Positions 27,264 to 41,234 of a DNA stretch of 64,000 bases are shown in pieces. Under the pieces are notes generated by a model that was given only the letters and a program-made list of their open reading frames with translations, had not been told where the DNA came from and made no database searches. Made by a program: the position numbers and the translations under genes. Each line of letters starts with the position of its first letter. The stretch's first letter is position 1. This DNA comes from Octopus vulgaris. Lineage: Eukaryota. The stretch lies in assembly GCA_951406725.2 (NCBI GenBank), contig OX597825.1:39866001-39930000 (forward strand). The letters are read 5' to 3'.

Positions 27264-29199
27264 TACACAGAAAAGAAACAAGGAGAGAAAAAAATGCGTG
27301 TAGGAGCTAACGGTCCATTATGTAAGTTAAAAGATAAAACCATTTTGAATATAACGCATCAGACATATTAAAAGACAAATGAAAATTCAACAAATATTTA
27401 ATTCTACACACTTAAATTAGAAGCAGGATGAAATTTAACGAACATGAAACTACAGAGTAGATATCTTGCTAACAGCAACAAAGAAGACAAATATATGCAT
27501 GCATATGTAGCTGAAGATATACACACGAATAGTTAGAATTACATTTTTTCAGTCTTCCTTCCAAAATAAAATTAATCTGTCAATATGTGGTATTGTACCA
27601 ATCGGTAGAATTCCCGGTTTTATTTCTTGTATCGAACTGAGATCAGCAGCAAAATCAAAAACAAAAGCAAAAGAATTAATTTGTCACTTTAGCATACCTG
27701 CTAATCCCACCTCCTTAGTCATCTCCACCATCAACACGGCGATAATAGTTGAAGGGAATATATATGTAAATCTACAGTTGCCGGGTTTACCGACAATGTC
27801 CGCCAGATATGAGAGATCACAAGATTTACGAAATTAAAATAAAATAAAATAAACGTGACAACGAAATCGTGGAGCGTAGACATTAATGATACTGGAATCT
27901 TTCAGGAGAGACACGCAAGTTAAAATTGCCGAATGCAGATATATATACAAAACATAGGAACATAGGTGAACATAGGAATATATGGTGCGAAGTAACAAAT
28001 CAATAAAAAAGAAACGGCAAATAGCAAGTCAAAATAATCTAAATGTTACAACCGCCGGAGAAACGACGACTCAAAACAATAACACACCAACGTCAGTAAC
28101 AACGCCCATGTTATCAATACCACAATTATCCTCATCGTCATCATTATCACAATCATCACCATCAATACCTTCCCAGTCGTAGCACGGACAAATCCAACGA
28201 TACAAACACCAGCCAATCACGTTCTTCACCCAAATTTTGTACAACAGCAACAAATAAACATCATAAATCTGAATGCCATAAACGTATGCAGCACATTAAT
28301 GAAACACATTTAACAAAACACAAAATTGTGAAGAGCGTATTAATCATACAACCAACTGGTCGAACAACAAAAATAAATATCACCCAGACAACACAAATCA
28401 TATGATAAAACCCCGAAGCGGTGGGAGACATCTGGCCTTTGGAAATATCAGAGGAACATCATAGCAAAAGAAACAACTGACAGCGGAATAAATAGCATCA
28501 TCATCAACAAAACGGAATCGTATCTCGACAGCCACATCACCAACAAAAGCAAGTAAACGATAAACGAATTAATAACTAATGTAAGTAGATGCATCATTCC
28601 TTATGTCCAAGATGACCTGACTGAGAATAGGCCTGTGATCACTTTGCAAGCAGGTTCACTGGTTCAATTACCCCAGGTCAATAGTTAAGCGAGTGTGGAC
28701 GAGGTCAGACTTCAGGACACGGTGAAATATCCTAGAAAGGTGAATTAATGTGGGACAAGTTAGACTTTGGAAGGAAATAACAATATAGAAAATTAGATCA
28801 GACAAGGACCGAAACAGATACTTAGGTGCCAGGCTCAGCAATGCATCTTAATTGGATGTTATAGTTAAGATTGCCTTTTCGTAAATTCTTCAATGCTATG
28901 CACGAATCTTGCAACGTCTGAGCACGTACTCTATATCACGATGGTGTTAAATCATCTGATGACCCAACGAGTGGAGACGCAAGGGAACAACAATGACACA
29001 TTTTAGTCATTAACCACGATAACGTGTTTTACTTGAGCGCAAAAATGTGTCTGTATCATTTCAGTACCAATGCCCCCGTCCATCTTTGAAGAAACAAATT
29101 GTAAAATGGATCTCTGTAATGAGGGCTCTTGTGAAAAGTTACTAACAGCCGCACATACACTGGAAGCGCCATTAAGCTGCACATCAGAGAAATTGATCG

Positions 29200-29690
29200 T
29201 TACACACCTGTACAATCGTTACGCATTTGTAGGACTGCTGACTTCTGGAGTTTTGAGGATCGCCATCTACCACGTGCAGGATAGATCAATCTATTGGCTG
29301 AGGCCGTAGATATTGAAGATCTTCTTTACAATCCTTGCTGTTTCGAGTAGAACAAATACAACTCAAATATTTGGAGCAATTTCAATAAGGAGACTGCCAG
29401 GGCGCCTATTAAAATTGGGATTATTTTGGTGAAAATTCTCCAAAGTATATGTACTTCCCAAGCCAAATTCTGATATGTTCTTATTTCCTCATGTTCTTTG
29501 ACTTCTTTGTTCATGTTCGCATATACAGCCACGTCTTTGATGATGCACTCCTAATACACCTTATTGAGAACTATGTCTGGTCGCCTTGCATGAAATTCAG
29601 TCCATACATTAAAATCCCATAAGACCTTAAAGTTGGTCTCCGTTATAAAATTTGGCTGATGATGCTACTGTTTTGTTCCTGCTTTAAATA
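29200..29690 (-). mobile_element. R4/Dong-like LINE C-terminal (RLE) fragment
   Basis: WDFNVWT...RRPDIVL, IIKDVAV, YQNLAWEVHILW..TKIIPILIGAL, LQKSAVL. Confidence 0.75.
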
Positions 29691-30769
29691 CTCCTTGTCC
29701 TATCGTTATTATTTTTATTCTTGTTCTTTTTGTTAAACGTTTTGACATATTACAATTCAAAGAGATTTTTAATACGATGTTTTTGCGTATCAAAATTACA
29801 CCACCACCAACAGTTTATATGATTAAAAACCTGCGCTTAGGCAGTTTATGTGATCTATGTTGGATGTATTCAGTTTTCCTTTCTAACTCTAGTTTGTATG
29901 TCAATGGGATGAATTAATAATAAGTGAAATTGTTTTCAACGCTGTTATTTATAACAGGAAACAGTTTGTCTTATATATTATGTATAATTTATTAAATGCA
30001 TGCTGTAGTTGCGAATCAAGAAGGAATGAATTGGCCAAATGATGATATGATTTTTTTCTGATGTTATAACATAGCTGTGTGCTGTAACTGTAAATATATC
30101 ATAGAGAAAATTCCAGGAATAAAAATGATCATATTAAAGTTGCATATATACGCACATAAACACCCGCACCGATTACATGGTAGCACAACAATGCTGATAT
30201 CAGACCTGCTATAGAATATTCCCTAAAGGATTTAGGCACAAAAATAAACCGTTTTTTTATCGGTACCGTCAATCACAGGTTGATATTTGATATGCTTGAC
30301 TGGATATTACAATATATAATTGTATACACCAGCGAAAATTGTTTTTAGACAGTAATACAATGAAGATTGAATTACTTGCTAGCATTTTCGTTTCGAAACT
30401 TATATATATCAGGCTTGAATTTGACATAATCGTCTAAGTGCTTCTTTGCTTCAACGGCTTCGTTCATTTTTTAATCTTGATAATTAGGGATACATCCATA
30501 CATATACTAATACAAATGCAGAAACACTCAGAATTACTCACCTGTGCATATGACCGCGAACACGCCTACACACAGTGCGGGTGTAACCTCTACATACACA
30601 TATATGCATGTATGCTGATTAGTCTATGCTGTATGAAGATACGTATAGTATTGAGTGAAAGCATTTGAAATAAATTCTCGTTCTCTTTTTCATCCTGATC
30701 AATTCGAGTTACTTTATTAGAGTAGAAGCTAGCGGGTTGTGCATTTGTGAGTTTGTTGCTGAGAGGTCA

Positions 30770-33070
30770 GATAACACAACAACTCCATAGAAATAAACCA
30801 AAAAACCAATTGACCCCCTTAAGAACATTAGCCGTCATAACAACAACTATAATCCCACTACTAACACCCTATCCTTAAATTTACCACAACGCCCAACAAT
30901 AACTTTTGCAAAAAATAGAGAACGACACTGGGCACAATAATTATCATATCCCAGAACCGCACAACACCACCTTCAACTCTTTAGCAAATACCAATCTGAA
31001 AGCCATCAATAATAACGAACACTGCCTTTCCACTAACCTCTCTCCAATCTACCCTCGCGACTACCATATTTTAAACACACAGTGTATCTTCCCTTTAATT
31101 CCTTATTGTCATTTACATACTTACCTCTGTATTTTTCCTTACCAGTTGATGCTAATATTGATATAAGTTTAGCAGCCTGCCGAAATATAATACTGTTCGG
31201 TGGGATATCCAGGGCACGCAAGGATACACCCAACTTTTTCGATATCACTATGTGGAACAGAGATTCTGCTCAAATTACGAAACTTGCAGGCTATTACATT
31301 CTTAACTGTCTCCATGAACACTTTCCTAGCATCTCCGATGGTTTATACATAGATGACGCTCTGTTCGCCATCCAAAATTCTCGCAATCGGATAATCGAAC
31401 ATACAAGAAAAAGATCAAGAAGTATTAAAACAAAAAACATCGACCTAAGCATCTCTTTCTGTTATAACATTAAAACTGCTAATTTGTTGGACTAAATCCT
31501 GAACTTACAAAACCAAACTATTTACCCATAGCACAAACCTGGGGTAAAAACTCATCTGCATGAACTTCCTCTTCAACCACTCTCCTTTGTCTTAAAATCT
31601 ATTAGGAAAAGCGTTTCCAACCAGATTTCCTCAGTACCTGCGATTAAAGTTTTATTTGATCAATAGTGCCCATCAAAGTTCAGGATATAAAATCTCAATC
31701 GAATACATCCCCATGTGAGATATTCCTCTCTCCACTAAACCTGTAAATAAAACCACTTGTGCACCCCTATATAGTAAACATATCCCCCTTATCCTACCTC
31801 TCCAATACCCGTCTAAATTTCAGAGTAACACACGGCCTAACAAAAACCCTCCAACCAGATGACTCCCAAATCCTATATACATCCAACCTCAACGAAACAG
31901 ACACCACCGTACACATCCAACACACTATCCTCGCCCAGTTAACCCCCCTAGTCGCATTAGAGGAAAGAGAACCCGGGAAGTTGTCTTGTTCCAACCCTCT
32001 TTGCCATTAATATTCAGACTCTTCTTCGACTTACTCAAAAACCAATTTCCTCAGTCTAGCTCTCTGAGAAAAATATTTAACTGCCAGCCAATAAAATTGA
32101 CAATATTCGTAGCAACAAGAAATTCAGAAATCCACAACCAGCTGAGCTCCACTCTAATAAATTAGCTCTACATAATCTCCAGCGCCATGCAATTAAACCC
32201 AAAACAGCAATTTACGCCGCCTTAACAACATTGAACCTCATAACGACAAGTATATGTTCGATTATTTCCACTACAAACACACGATCCTTAAATTTAGCAC
32301 AACGCCTAACTATACCGCTTTCAAATATAGAGCAAAATCTGCAAGATAACTTCGGACACAATAGCTACCATATTATACAACCTCACAACACCACCATGTA
32401 CTCGTTAAAAGTACCAACTTTAAGGCCAGCAATAATAACGCACCAAACACCAGTTCCTCTCTAAATAACAATCCCCGCACAAGTTCCTCCGAATCATCCC
32501 TTATAATCTTTTGCAGCTTCAGACGCTTCATGTCCGGTCCTTTAGATAACCGCTTTGTCGCAAACAACATTGTTTGTAAGTGCACAGTATCGATTGCCAA
32601 ATGTAACTACATATATATTATCTCATGTAGCACCACCTTCAAAGTTAGAGTGAACAAGGGCTTCTCCAGTTTCAAGTTTAAACAGAATCCAACAGTACAT
32701 CTTTATCTCAGTTTATCAATAAACTGAATATTAATTCAACAGATTACACTCTCTAGTGGCCCATAGTCACCCATGCCAAGCCATACTACAACTATAATGA
32801 CAGGCGTGATCTCTGCATAGACGAAGTCTTAGATATTTTGCAATCCACGGATTGTCTTATTGAACGCCGCAGTATAATTTTTACCTGCAATCATCGATTA
32901 CTAAATATATTCTCAAAATAGAAATACCAGCAACCCCATCCCACTTTGCCTAACTTGCATACATTTTCCCTCTTATCTACCCTCACTACCAATCTGTATT
33001 AAACCTACAATATACCTTCCTTTCAATTCCTTATTATCATTTACATAGAATTGAGCATATCCCTTACCGT
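30770..33070 (+). mobile_element. Penelope-like element with partial-tandem (pseudo-LTR-like) structure, decayed
   Basis: RT: FFDITMWNRDSAQITKLAGYYILN..GLYIDDALF; EN: NNIVCKCTV..YIISCSTTFKVR..WPIVTHAKPY..DLCIDE..TCNHR; 30770-31140 duplicates parts of 32150-32480 and 32975-33050. Confidence 0.8.
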
Positions 33071-33896
33071 TTAAATTTTTAATAATCTCATTTAGTCTGT
33101 CTCCTCCTCCTACTCACCTCCCTTCATAAACTTATAAATACATATGCCAACATACATGTTTATAACGTTATACTGTAAACACGCTCACCGCACACAATAT
33201 ACATTCTTCAGGTAAAAACCAGTAGTACCTACCACTATTCTTCACCGTTCTCTCTTGCTTTCTTCATGCATATTTATGTTTTTTCACTCTTGACCAGAAA
33301 TGTTTCCCCACCCTCTTCCTGCCATATTATTATCTGTTTTTTTAATAACATTCCCCATGCCAATTTCTGTGATTCGGCCAAAACAGCTCTATCGGTCAAA
33401 TAACCGGATTTAAATTCCTCATTCTCTCTTGCATTCTTCATGCACACTTTTTTCTCCCTCTTAATCAAAAATATACCCCCACTTCTTCTCTCCACATTAT
33501 CATATTTAAAAAATAACACCCCACTTGCAAATTTCTGGAATTCTACCATAACTCCCCCATTGAATACGAACTTGCTTAAATTCCACACTCCGCTCATTCC
33601 TTTGTTTTTTTATACTTCCTTCTTTTAATCTTTATTTCTCCCTACATATATATTCACATCTCATACTATACTCTCTATACATACTGATTGAATCTTCTTT
33701 GTGTTATCATGTATTTTCTTGCATCATTGTAAATTTTCTTTTAAACAAAGTATCGTTAGCCCGAAGAGTAGTTTTCGGTATACACCTCACTTGGATATTT
33801 AGCATCTCTGAGGTTCCGTTTGCTATGAAACATATGTGACTGGGATCTTAACTACTCCATTCCCTAACTCTTGCACACACACACACACACACACAC

Positions 33897-33967
<71 letters not shown>

Positions 33968-33970
<3 letters not shown>

Positions 33971-35340
33971 CTGAGGTTACGATGGTGCACCACCAGTAGT
34001 TACTTAGCATCGTTTCCGGTATTGTTCGGGTGAAGTAGGGAGTAGGACGGAGCTGCTCTTCTTTGCGCATCCTGCCACGATGTAGGTTTATCTGGTATCT
34101 CAGAGAGACATCTGTCCAAAAGTTCCTTGAAAACTCCCTCATCAACACCATACACATGTCGAAGTCTGCCTGGAAGACGTTTGAACAATTGCGGGCTCTT
34201 TAAGCCCAGACTATTGCAGTACTGTGTCCTTATTTGGGAAAGACGGGATTTTTAGTATGATGCAGTTCAGGCCAACTTGAGGATCGTTATAGATGTAAAT
34301 TCCAGTATTGGGAGCTAAAACCTCCAAGACCTTCCAAATATATATCACTGCATATCTCTCTCGTTTTCTCTCCAGGGAAGACAGTCTCAACTCCTTTAGC
34401 CTCTCCCAGTAGCCCATTTTTTGCATCGAATCAATCTTCTTTATGTATTGGCTCTGGATCACTTCAAGTTTCCATTTCACACTCTCTGGGGACCAAAGTT
34501 GAGAGTAGTAGTCCAGACAACTGAAAACGAAAGTCTTCCATATCAGTAGCAGTGTCTCTCTTTTCCTGGTTCTGAATGTCCTCAGAATCCATCCAATCAC
34601 TCGCCTGTTGCCATCTTGGTAATATGCCATCTTGGTAATATGCACTGCACGTGGAATATTGCTTCATTGCTCATGTGAACCCCCACGTTACGCACAGACA
34701 CTGACTCTAGGATCGTATAACCTCCTGGTCCAGTGAATTCAGATTTTAGCCTGGTGTTCAACCGATACTGGAGTGCATAAATTTTCATTGCATAGAACTG
34801 CATGTTATATTTGCTAGCCCATTTGTAGATATCATTCAGATCTTTCTGCAGTTTCATGATGTCCTCTGGGTTCCCAACCGACTACGATACATTTGTGTCT
34901 ACAGCATAACTAGTCAGATTGACTGACTGTGCCGCGGAGGGCATGTATGAGTTGGTCACCAAATATAGTAATGATTTCAGTACAGTTTCCTGTGGGACTC
35001 CGCTGAGAATTGGTGTCTGTTCAGAGTGAACACCATTGACTACAACTGTCTGACTCTTGCCCTTCAGAAAATCATGCAGTCACTCAGCCAGTTTACCGAT
35101 AATACCAAGGTTTCGTTGCTTGTGACATATGTCATGATCAACTTCGTCGAAGGCTTTGGCAAAGTCGAGGCATATCACGTCTAGAGCTAACTGGTTTAGC
35201 CGATGCTTCCTTACCCAGTCAAAGTGCTGCAGCAAGTGTGTGAGGCAGCACTTCCATGAACTGTAGCATGTTGCGTGTTTCTGAGAAGGTTGTTTTCTTC
35301 CTGGAACGTAACCAGCCTTTTCTGACAATGCGTTCCATTG
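33968..35340 (-). mobile_element. CR1-like LINE, 5'-truncated, decayed
   Basis: DVICLDFAKAFDEVDH, SGVPQETVL, YAVDT (for YADDT), LQKDLNDIYKWASKYNMQF, LDYYSQLWSP, ERLKELRLSSLERKRERY. Confidence 0.85.
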
Positions 35341-35364
35341 TCTGAACAGGTCCACTTTGTGTCA

Positions 35365-35504
35365 CCTGTCAAGTGTCCAAGTGATCGCTGAGGAACGTGA
35401 GACAAAGGATTTTGCTCAAGAACACACCGTGCAACCCAGTCAAGGAATTGAAATCATGACCGCAAAGCCGTGAGTCCAACACCCTAACCCCTAGGCCATG
35501 CACA

Positions 35505-35505
<1 letters not shown>
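35365..35505 (-). mobile_element. SINE head fragment
   Basis: Minus GCATGGCCTAGGGGTTAGGGTGTTGGACTCACG...TTCAATTCC...TTCTTGAGCAAAA, tRNA-like head plus CORE-like segment. Confidence 0.5.
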
Positions 35506-35580
<75 letters not shown>

Positions 35581-37399
35581 CATATATACATATATTTATC
35601 TAGTGCACATATATATGCATGTATATGTGCACTAGATAAATTTATGTTCATGCGTAAGCATATTTTAATCTAAATACCTATGATATCTCGTTTCAGTACA
35701 TACGTCTTTGCGTATATATATATGCGAATGTGTGTGTGCTTATGTGTGTGTACGTATGTGGGTCTGTGAGCGAGTCTATGCTATTGAATAAATAACAAAA
35801 TATCCGTATGACCAAGTATTAAATACACGACGATTTAATTGTTTCATCAACATTATCACGTACTTCCATATTTTACTGAGAGTGAAACAACTTCCTACTC
35901 CTCCGGAGTATGAAATTTTGGTTCAATATATTTATTCACTCTTACCCTACTATACACTCAAGGATATGCATAATTATATAGCGTTACACACAATATTACA
36001 TACCGGCAATTTTCCTATATTCAGTAGCGTTCCCAGAATATATTTACATAATGCAGGTACTCACATATATAAATTTAGGTATATCTCCAAGCAAATTCTA
36101 ATTTCGTGGCTCATATTTCTAGTAATAATCCCTGACATCTATAGCATCTCATATCATAATCTGCAATATTTTAACAGCTTCATTATAAACAACATATGAA
36201 TTCCAAGGCTATTCTAAAGCATTGATTTCTCAATTTTAAGTAATGGCTATTTGTTCAGATGCTTCAAATGTTTGTGCAAAATGGTAATTAATAATGAGTT
36301 TAGTCTCTACGATGATGCTAAAACACGTTTATCATTTCACTGTAATTAATAAAAAAGGATTATATTGTACACTTAACAATGACTATTCAATTATTATCTA
36401 CCTCATACTGGTAACCTATGAAGAGGAACTGTCAGTAGAAGCTAATAATCTCTAAGACTAATAAATATATATTACAAACAATTTATTTCATTATATCATT
36501 TACTTTTCTATAAAAATTAATAATACCATTATTAATGAAGCATAGCATGTGATTTATCATAATTGCACATTCTTTTGTAAACATAGTTTACAATTACTGA
36601 TGAATGATATACCATAGCTAATTCTATAAAATCTGAACTACTGTAAGATAATGTAATTCGTACAGTAACTACAGAGAACAAAATACTACTATAATAACAA
36701 TAATTATTTCTAGTTTTATCACAGGAGTATAAAAAGAGTAGGAAAACCTTAGAAGATTCCAGTGTTCCACTGGTACATATTCCCTTGACTATGAAAGATG
36801 CTAGATAGAATTTCAACACCAGAGGATACCGCGGCAAAACAAAAAGAATTCCACATTACATTTTTGTAACATACAAAGAATTTTGCTTTAAGTATATATT
36901 TTAATATTTCTGGTATTACTTGAGGCACATCCAGCCTAGTTGCTCTAAACATAACTTTGAGCCAGAGACAAGGACAAAATCCATACAGTGTAATCAGCCC
37001 TCCTCACTGCTCCCAAGAAGGCTACGGTCATTTCGTCTGCAGGGAAGGGGATGATCTCATTTTGGGGGATGTAAAAGGCATTGTTGCTAATGGTTATCAT
37101 GAAACGAGCCATTCCGTCACTAGAGAATGCTATGCTGCTTTGCTGAGGCAGTTGCAAAAGGTTGTCGAGATGAAACGCCATAGAAAACTGACGAAAGGGA
37201 TCTTGTTTTTTCAAGGCAATGCTTCAGCACTTAAGTCCTTGCTTTCCTTACTTAGTGTGCGTGACTTTGAATTTGAACTTGTTGATCGCCTTCCCAAATC
37301 CTATTATTTGACCCCATCTGACTATCATCTGGTCCTTATCATGAAAATCACTTGACTACGAACCAGGATAGTAGTTATAATGACATCATATATATTATT

Positions 37400-37568
37400 T
37401 ATATTATTTACTTTTGAGAGATATTCGTACTCATCATGTTTGTTCTTAACACAACGTTTTGGCTGATATACCCTCCAGCCTTCATCAGGTGTCTTGGAGA
37501 AATTTCAAATCTGGGTTCTCATTCCTAAGGTATTTTTTGATGTTATTATTATTATTATTATTATTATA

Positions 37569-37637
<69 letters not shown>

Positions 37638-37716
37638 ATTATTATTTAGGTCACTGCCTGGAATCGAACTCGGAACCTTGGGGTTAGTAGCCCGAGCTTT
37701 TAACCACTACGCCATA
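37400..37716 (-). mobile_element. tRNA-headed SINE with (AAT)n linker and hammerhead-containing tail
   Basis: Head 37714-37648 TGGCGTAGTGGTTAA...GAGTTCGATTCCAGGC (A/B boxes, CT-ACT-AA anticodon-like loop), (AAT)n, then the HHR motif at 37449-37492. Confidence 0.75.
37449..37492 (-). ncRNA. Minimal type I hammerhead (G12A mutated copy)
   Basis: Minus: ACAC CTGATGA A GGCTG gagggtatat CAGCC AAAA CG TT GTGT. Confidence 0.6.
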
Positions 37717-38348
37717 TATACATTTTGACCAGAGGATGACAGCTTCTTCACCAATGGGATCCCATCATTGAAAACCGATGGTAGACATTTGTTGACCAGA
37801 AGTTTTTCCACATTGAAAAATAAACCTCATTTGACCTCATTCTTTGGGAGTATCTTTGTGGGCCTTCGAACATTTCACTCACTTATCTTGTATAGAAATT
37901 GGAGTAGTCACCCTTCGATTATTTTTAGATTTGTCTTATAGATTATTAGGGAAGCAGCAGTTATAGACCTCTCTGTTTTTGCAATAAAATTTCCTCATCT
38001 GTGCTTATGTATGTGTTTACCAATTGTAGCCCGTAATGTTTGTTCGTATTTTTATAATCGTCTACATTCTGATTTTAGTATTTTACCTGATTTGTTTTGT
38101 TGCTTCTGTCAAAGCATTATCCTGGAACACGTGTTTCAAACGCTGAACAACGAAAGAACTTACACAGAAAATATATGTTACATAGAATCTTCTTTTTGAA
38201 AGGTTGATGAATACATTTTAATAGTTTCTTTTAAAGTTTGTTAAAAAGTCTACTTTTAAATATTATGTTACTTGTAACATAACTTAAATTTTTGTTAAAT
38301 GGTTACTAACTTTAAAACGTTCTTTCTTTGAATATTTGAGCCATTTCA

Positions 38349-38389
<41 letters not shown>

Positions 38390-38395
<6 letters not shown>

Positions 38396-38861
38396 AATAA
38401 TAATTTGAGTGAATATTATTCCTAACTTACGGCGAAAAATTCAATTTAGGAATGCTAAATCTAATTTCTCAAAATATAATATATATATATATATAAAAAT
38501 GAGAAAAAATCACTTTTTATCAATTCAAAATGAACAATAAATTATACCATCTAGAAAATTACATATAATACAAATATTAAATATAAAATAACAATAATAT
38601 ACCGATGTTTAAGTAAATTGCAAAATAATAAATAAAACGTATATATTTGGTAGACAAAACCACACTTGTTTCGTGGCTATATTTAAGAAATGATAATAGT
38701 GTAGCATATAAGAAATGATAATAGTAAAATATATTACTAGCAGTAGTAAAATCACTTCGATATATATATAGCCACTCATCAGGTTAAAAATAAACTACAA
38801 TAATAAAATAATTAATTAATAAAAATACGTAAATAATCTTTTAAAATATAAATATATTCTT

Positions 38862-38921
<60 letters not shown>

Positions 38922-40070
38922 ATTTTAAATATACATTAAGTGAAAACTAACCACAATACTAAATTTATACAATAGTTTAAAATATGCACAATCCTAGTAC
39001 AAGCTATTAATATTGTAATCAAAATAAGAAATGGTTCAAATATAGACAAACTCATTAAATAAACAATATAATTATAATATATGTGTAGTTTCTAAAGATT
39101 TAATATATCACTCAATAATATAGTTGACCAAATATCAATTAATATAAAACCTAATTTACTTAACTTTAATACTACTTCATAAATATACCAGCTAATTATT
39201 AAATAATATATTGTCTAGCAAAAATTAATTCTCGAATTAAATTAAATGTAATACTTTAGATCCCTTTATGAAAATAATATCAAATCATTCTAAATAAATA
39301 GATATAATAATTAATAACTATTGTAACTTACAACTCGTAATATATTTAAAAATGATATAATGTCGAAAATTATTTACTAATGAAAAGTAAGGAAAATTTA
39401 AGCCCCATAAATTAAAGAAAGGTGCAAAAAATATTAGACCAAATGAACAATACACTATGAAGACATTCAACTACAACCGACAGTCCGCTACAAATCCACT
39501 CAATAACAATAAAAAATAATAACAACAACAATCAAACTCAATAAAATACAAGATTCAAATAATATTGATAAACAAACAATGTCACGAAGTTCAACGATTA
39601 AATTAATCTATCTGGATTTTAAATGTATAAAAATAGGTTTTAGCATCTTATAAATATACCCAATGCTATTACTAATCATGAATAATACAATAAAAAATAG
39701 GAAATGTTTCAAATATACCCAAATCAATTATATAACTAACTATATTATTAACATATGTAGTATCTATAGACTTCATATTTCACACGATAATAAATTTGAA
39801 CATAATATTATTTATTTTAAAACTAATTTACTTAAATGTAATACTACTTAATAAAATATCACCTAATTATTAAATAACGTATATTCTAACGAAACTAATT
39901 CTCAAATTAAATCATATGTAAAACGTTAAATCCCTTTATAAATAGATATTATAATAACGATCGTAAATAATAACTATCAAGAAACTATAAATAAGTAATA
40001 ATATTTCAACAACAATAATAATAACAATAATAATAATAATAATTTCAAACCCCAAACGATTCAAAATCTA
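38390..40070. repeat. Very AT-rich repeat region with an internal ~150 bp direct repeat
   Basis: ~39145-39290 is similar to ~39818-39955; contains the HHR motif at 38657-38785. Confidence 0.5.
38657..38785 (-). ncRNA. Type I hammerhead motif with long stem II (cleavage triplet GUG, probably inactive)
   Basis: Minus: AAC CTGATGA GTGGCTATAT ...~83 nt... ATATAGCCAC GAAA CAAGTG TG GTT; perfect 10 bp stem II. Confidence 0.6.
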
Positions 40071-40079
40071 AATGAAATA

Positions 40080-40303
40080 GAGGCTCCGGCGCAACTTTCA
40101 TTCTTTCTTCTTGTTTCAGTTGTACCTTTATTTGAAAGGGCTAGCCTTGTCACACTCGCTGTCACGTTGAATCTCCTCGAGAATTACATTAAGAGTACAC
40201 GTGTCTGTGGAGTGCTCAGCCACCTGCACATTAATCTCACGAGCAGGTTGTTCCGTTGATCGGATCAACTGGAACCCTCACCGTTGTAACCGACGGAGTG
40301 CAA
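40080..40303 (+). mobile_element. SINE 3' portion, same family as 12035-12415
   Basis: ACACGTGTCTGTGGAGTGCTCAGCCAC...GTTCCGTTGATCGGATCAACTGGAACCCTC. Confidence 0.8.
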
Positions 40304-41190
40304 CGATATATCCTTACATAATGTTTGTCGTAGATTTATATGACCATCAATAATAAATTATTTCTTCTAACATTTTGAAAACAATCGTTGTCAGCATTGC
40401 CTGGGTTGAAATGTTTAATTAATAACAGCTTGCATGTCACAGTTATTACATTCACCAAGAAAACAACGTAGTGCAGAAACAAATAAGTGCTAGATTTCCA
40501 GTTTCACAATGTGGGAGGTTCTGTCTCTGAAATTGATTCTCCCAGAATTATGTCTAAATAAAGTCTAGGACTCCGTCACTCTAATGGTGGCCGTTGACTC
40601 CACTTAATGAATCCTGTCCTTTGACAAGTTCAGTTTGTCCTCCTGCAATTACAATTAAATTTAAATATGACATGCACGTAACCAATTATAAATGCTGCAG
40701 GAAATGTCTGACCTTGGATCACGGTCTTGTAGAAGAGACACAAATATTTTCCTGTGTTTACATGTTTCCAGTTGATATTCAATGCGAAATATTGAAACAA
40801 CCTCAGAGATTACCGCAACACTGATGGAGAGATATTTTCGAAGTGTATCATTTTATGTTTATTATATTATATACGTTCACATTACATTTAAGGTAAATAA
40901 TCTAACCAATACTTAAGTCACTGTCGGGGCATTAATATCTGTCTATGAGTATGTATATGTGAAAAACACTACATGTAGATTTACTCTTTCCGATTCATAA
41001 AATGAAGAGATATTTCTAAATGGCTATCATACATTAATTTGGCAGATTTAATACAAATCAAAAAGAAAATTAATTTGATATATTTACCCACTATTCAAAT
41101 TATACACATACAGTTCTATATTAAATAGATGAGCAATTAAGTAGATTATATACATTTGACGGATATTTGTCCTAATCTTGTTTATTGTTA

Positions 41191-41234
41191 ACACAACGTT
41201 TCGGCTAATATACCCTCCAGCTTTCATCAGGTGT
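41191..41234 (-). ncRNA. Minimal type I hammerhead, second copy of the SINE-tail HHR
   Basis: Minus: ACAC CTGATGA A AGCTG gagggtatat TAGCC GAAA CG TT GTGT. Confidence 0.6.

Larger units (their letters stand above)
36930..37880 (+). mobile_element. mariner transposase relic with nested SINE
   Basis: ORF 36957-37355: YAALLRQLQK..KLTKGILFFQGNASALKS..ELVDRLPKSYYLTPSDYHL; resumes after the insertion with SFFTNGI..RW..FV..EK*. Confidence 0.85.

Noticed and set aside
28950-29000. CTGATGA CCC...GGG hammerhead candidate
   Set aside because: No GAAA, stem III or stem I match
37648-37714. Possible tRNA-Ser(ACT) gene
   Set aside because: No proper acceptor stem or long variable arm; attached to a repeat tail and present as a diverged second copy, so a SINE head
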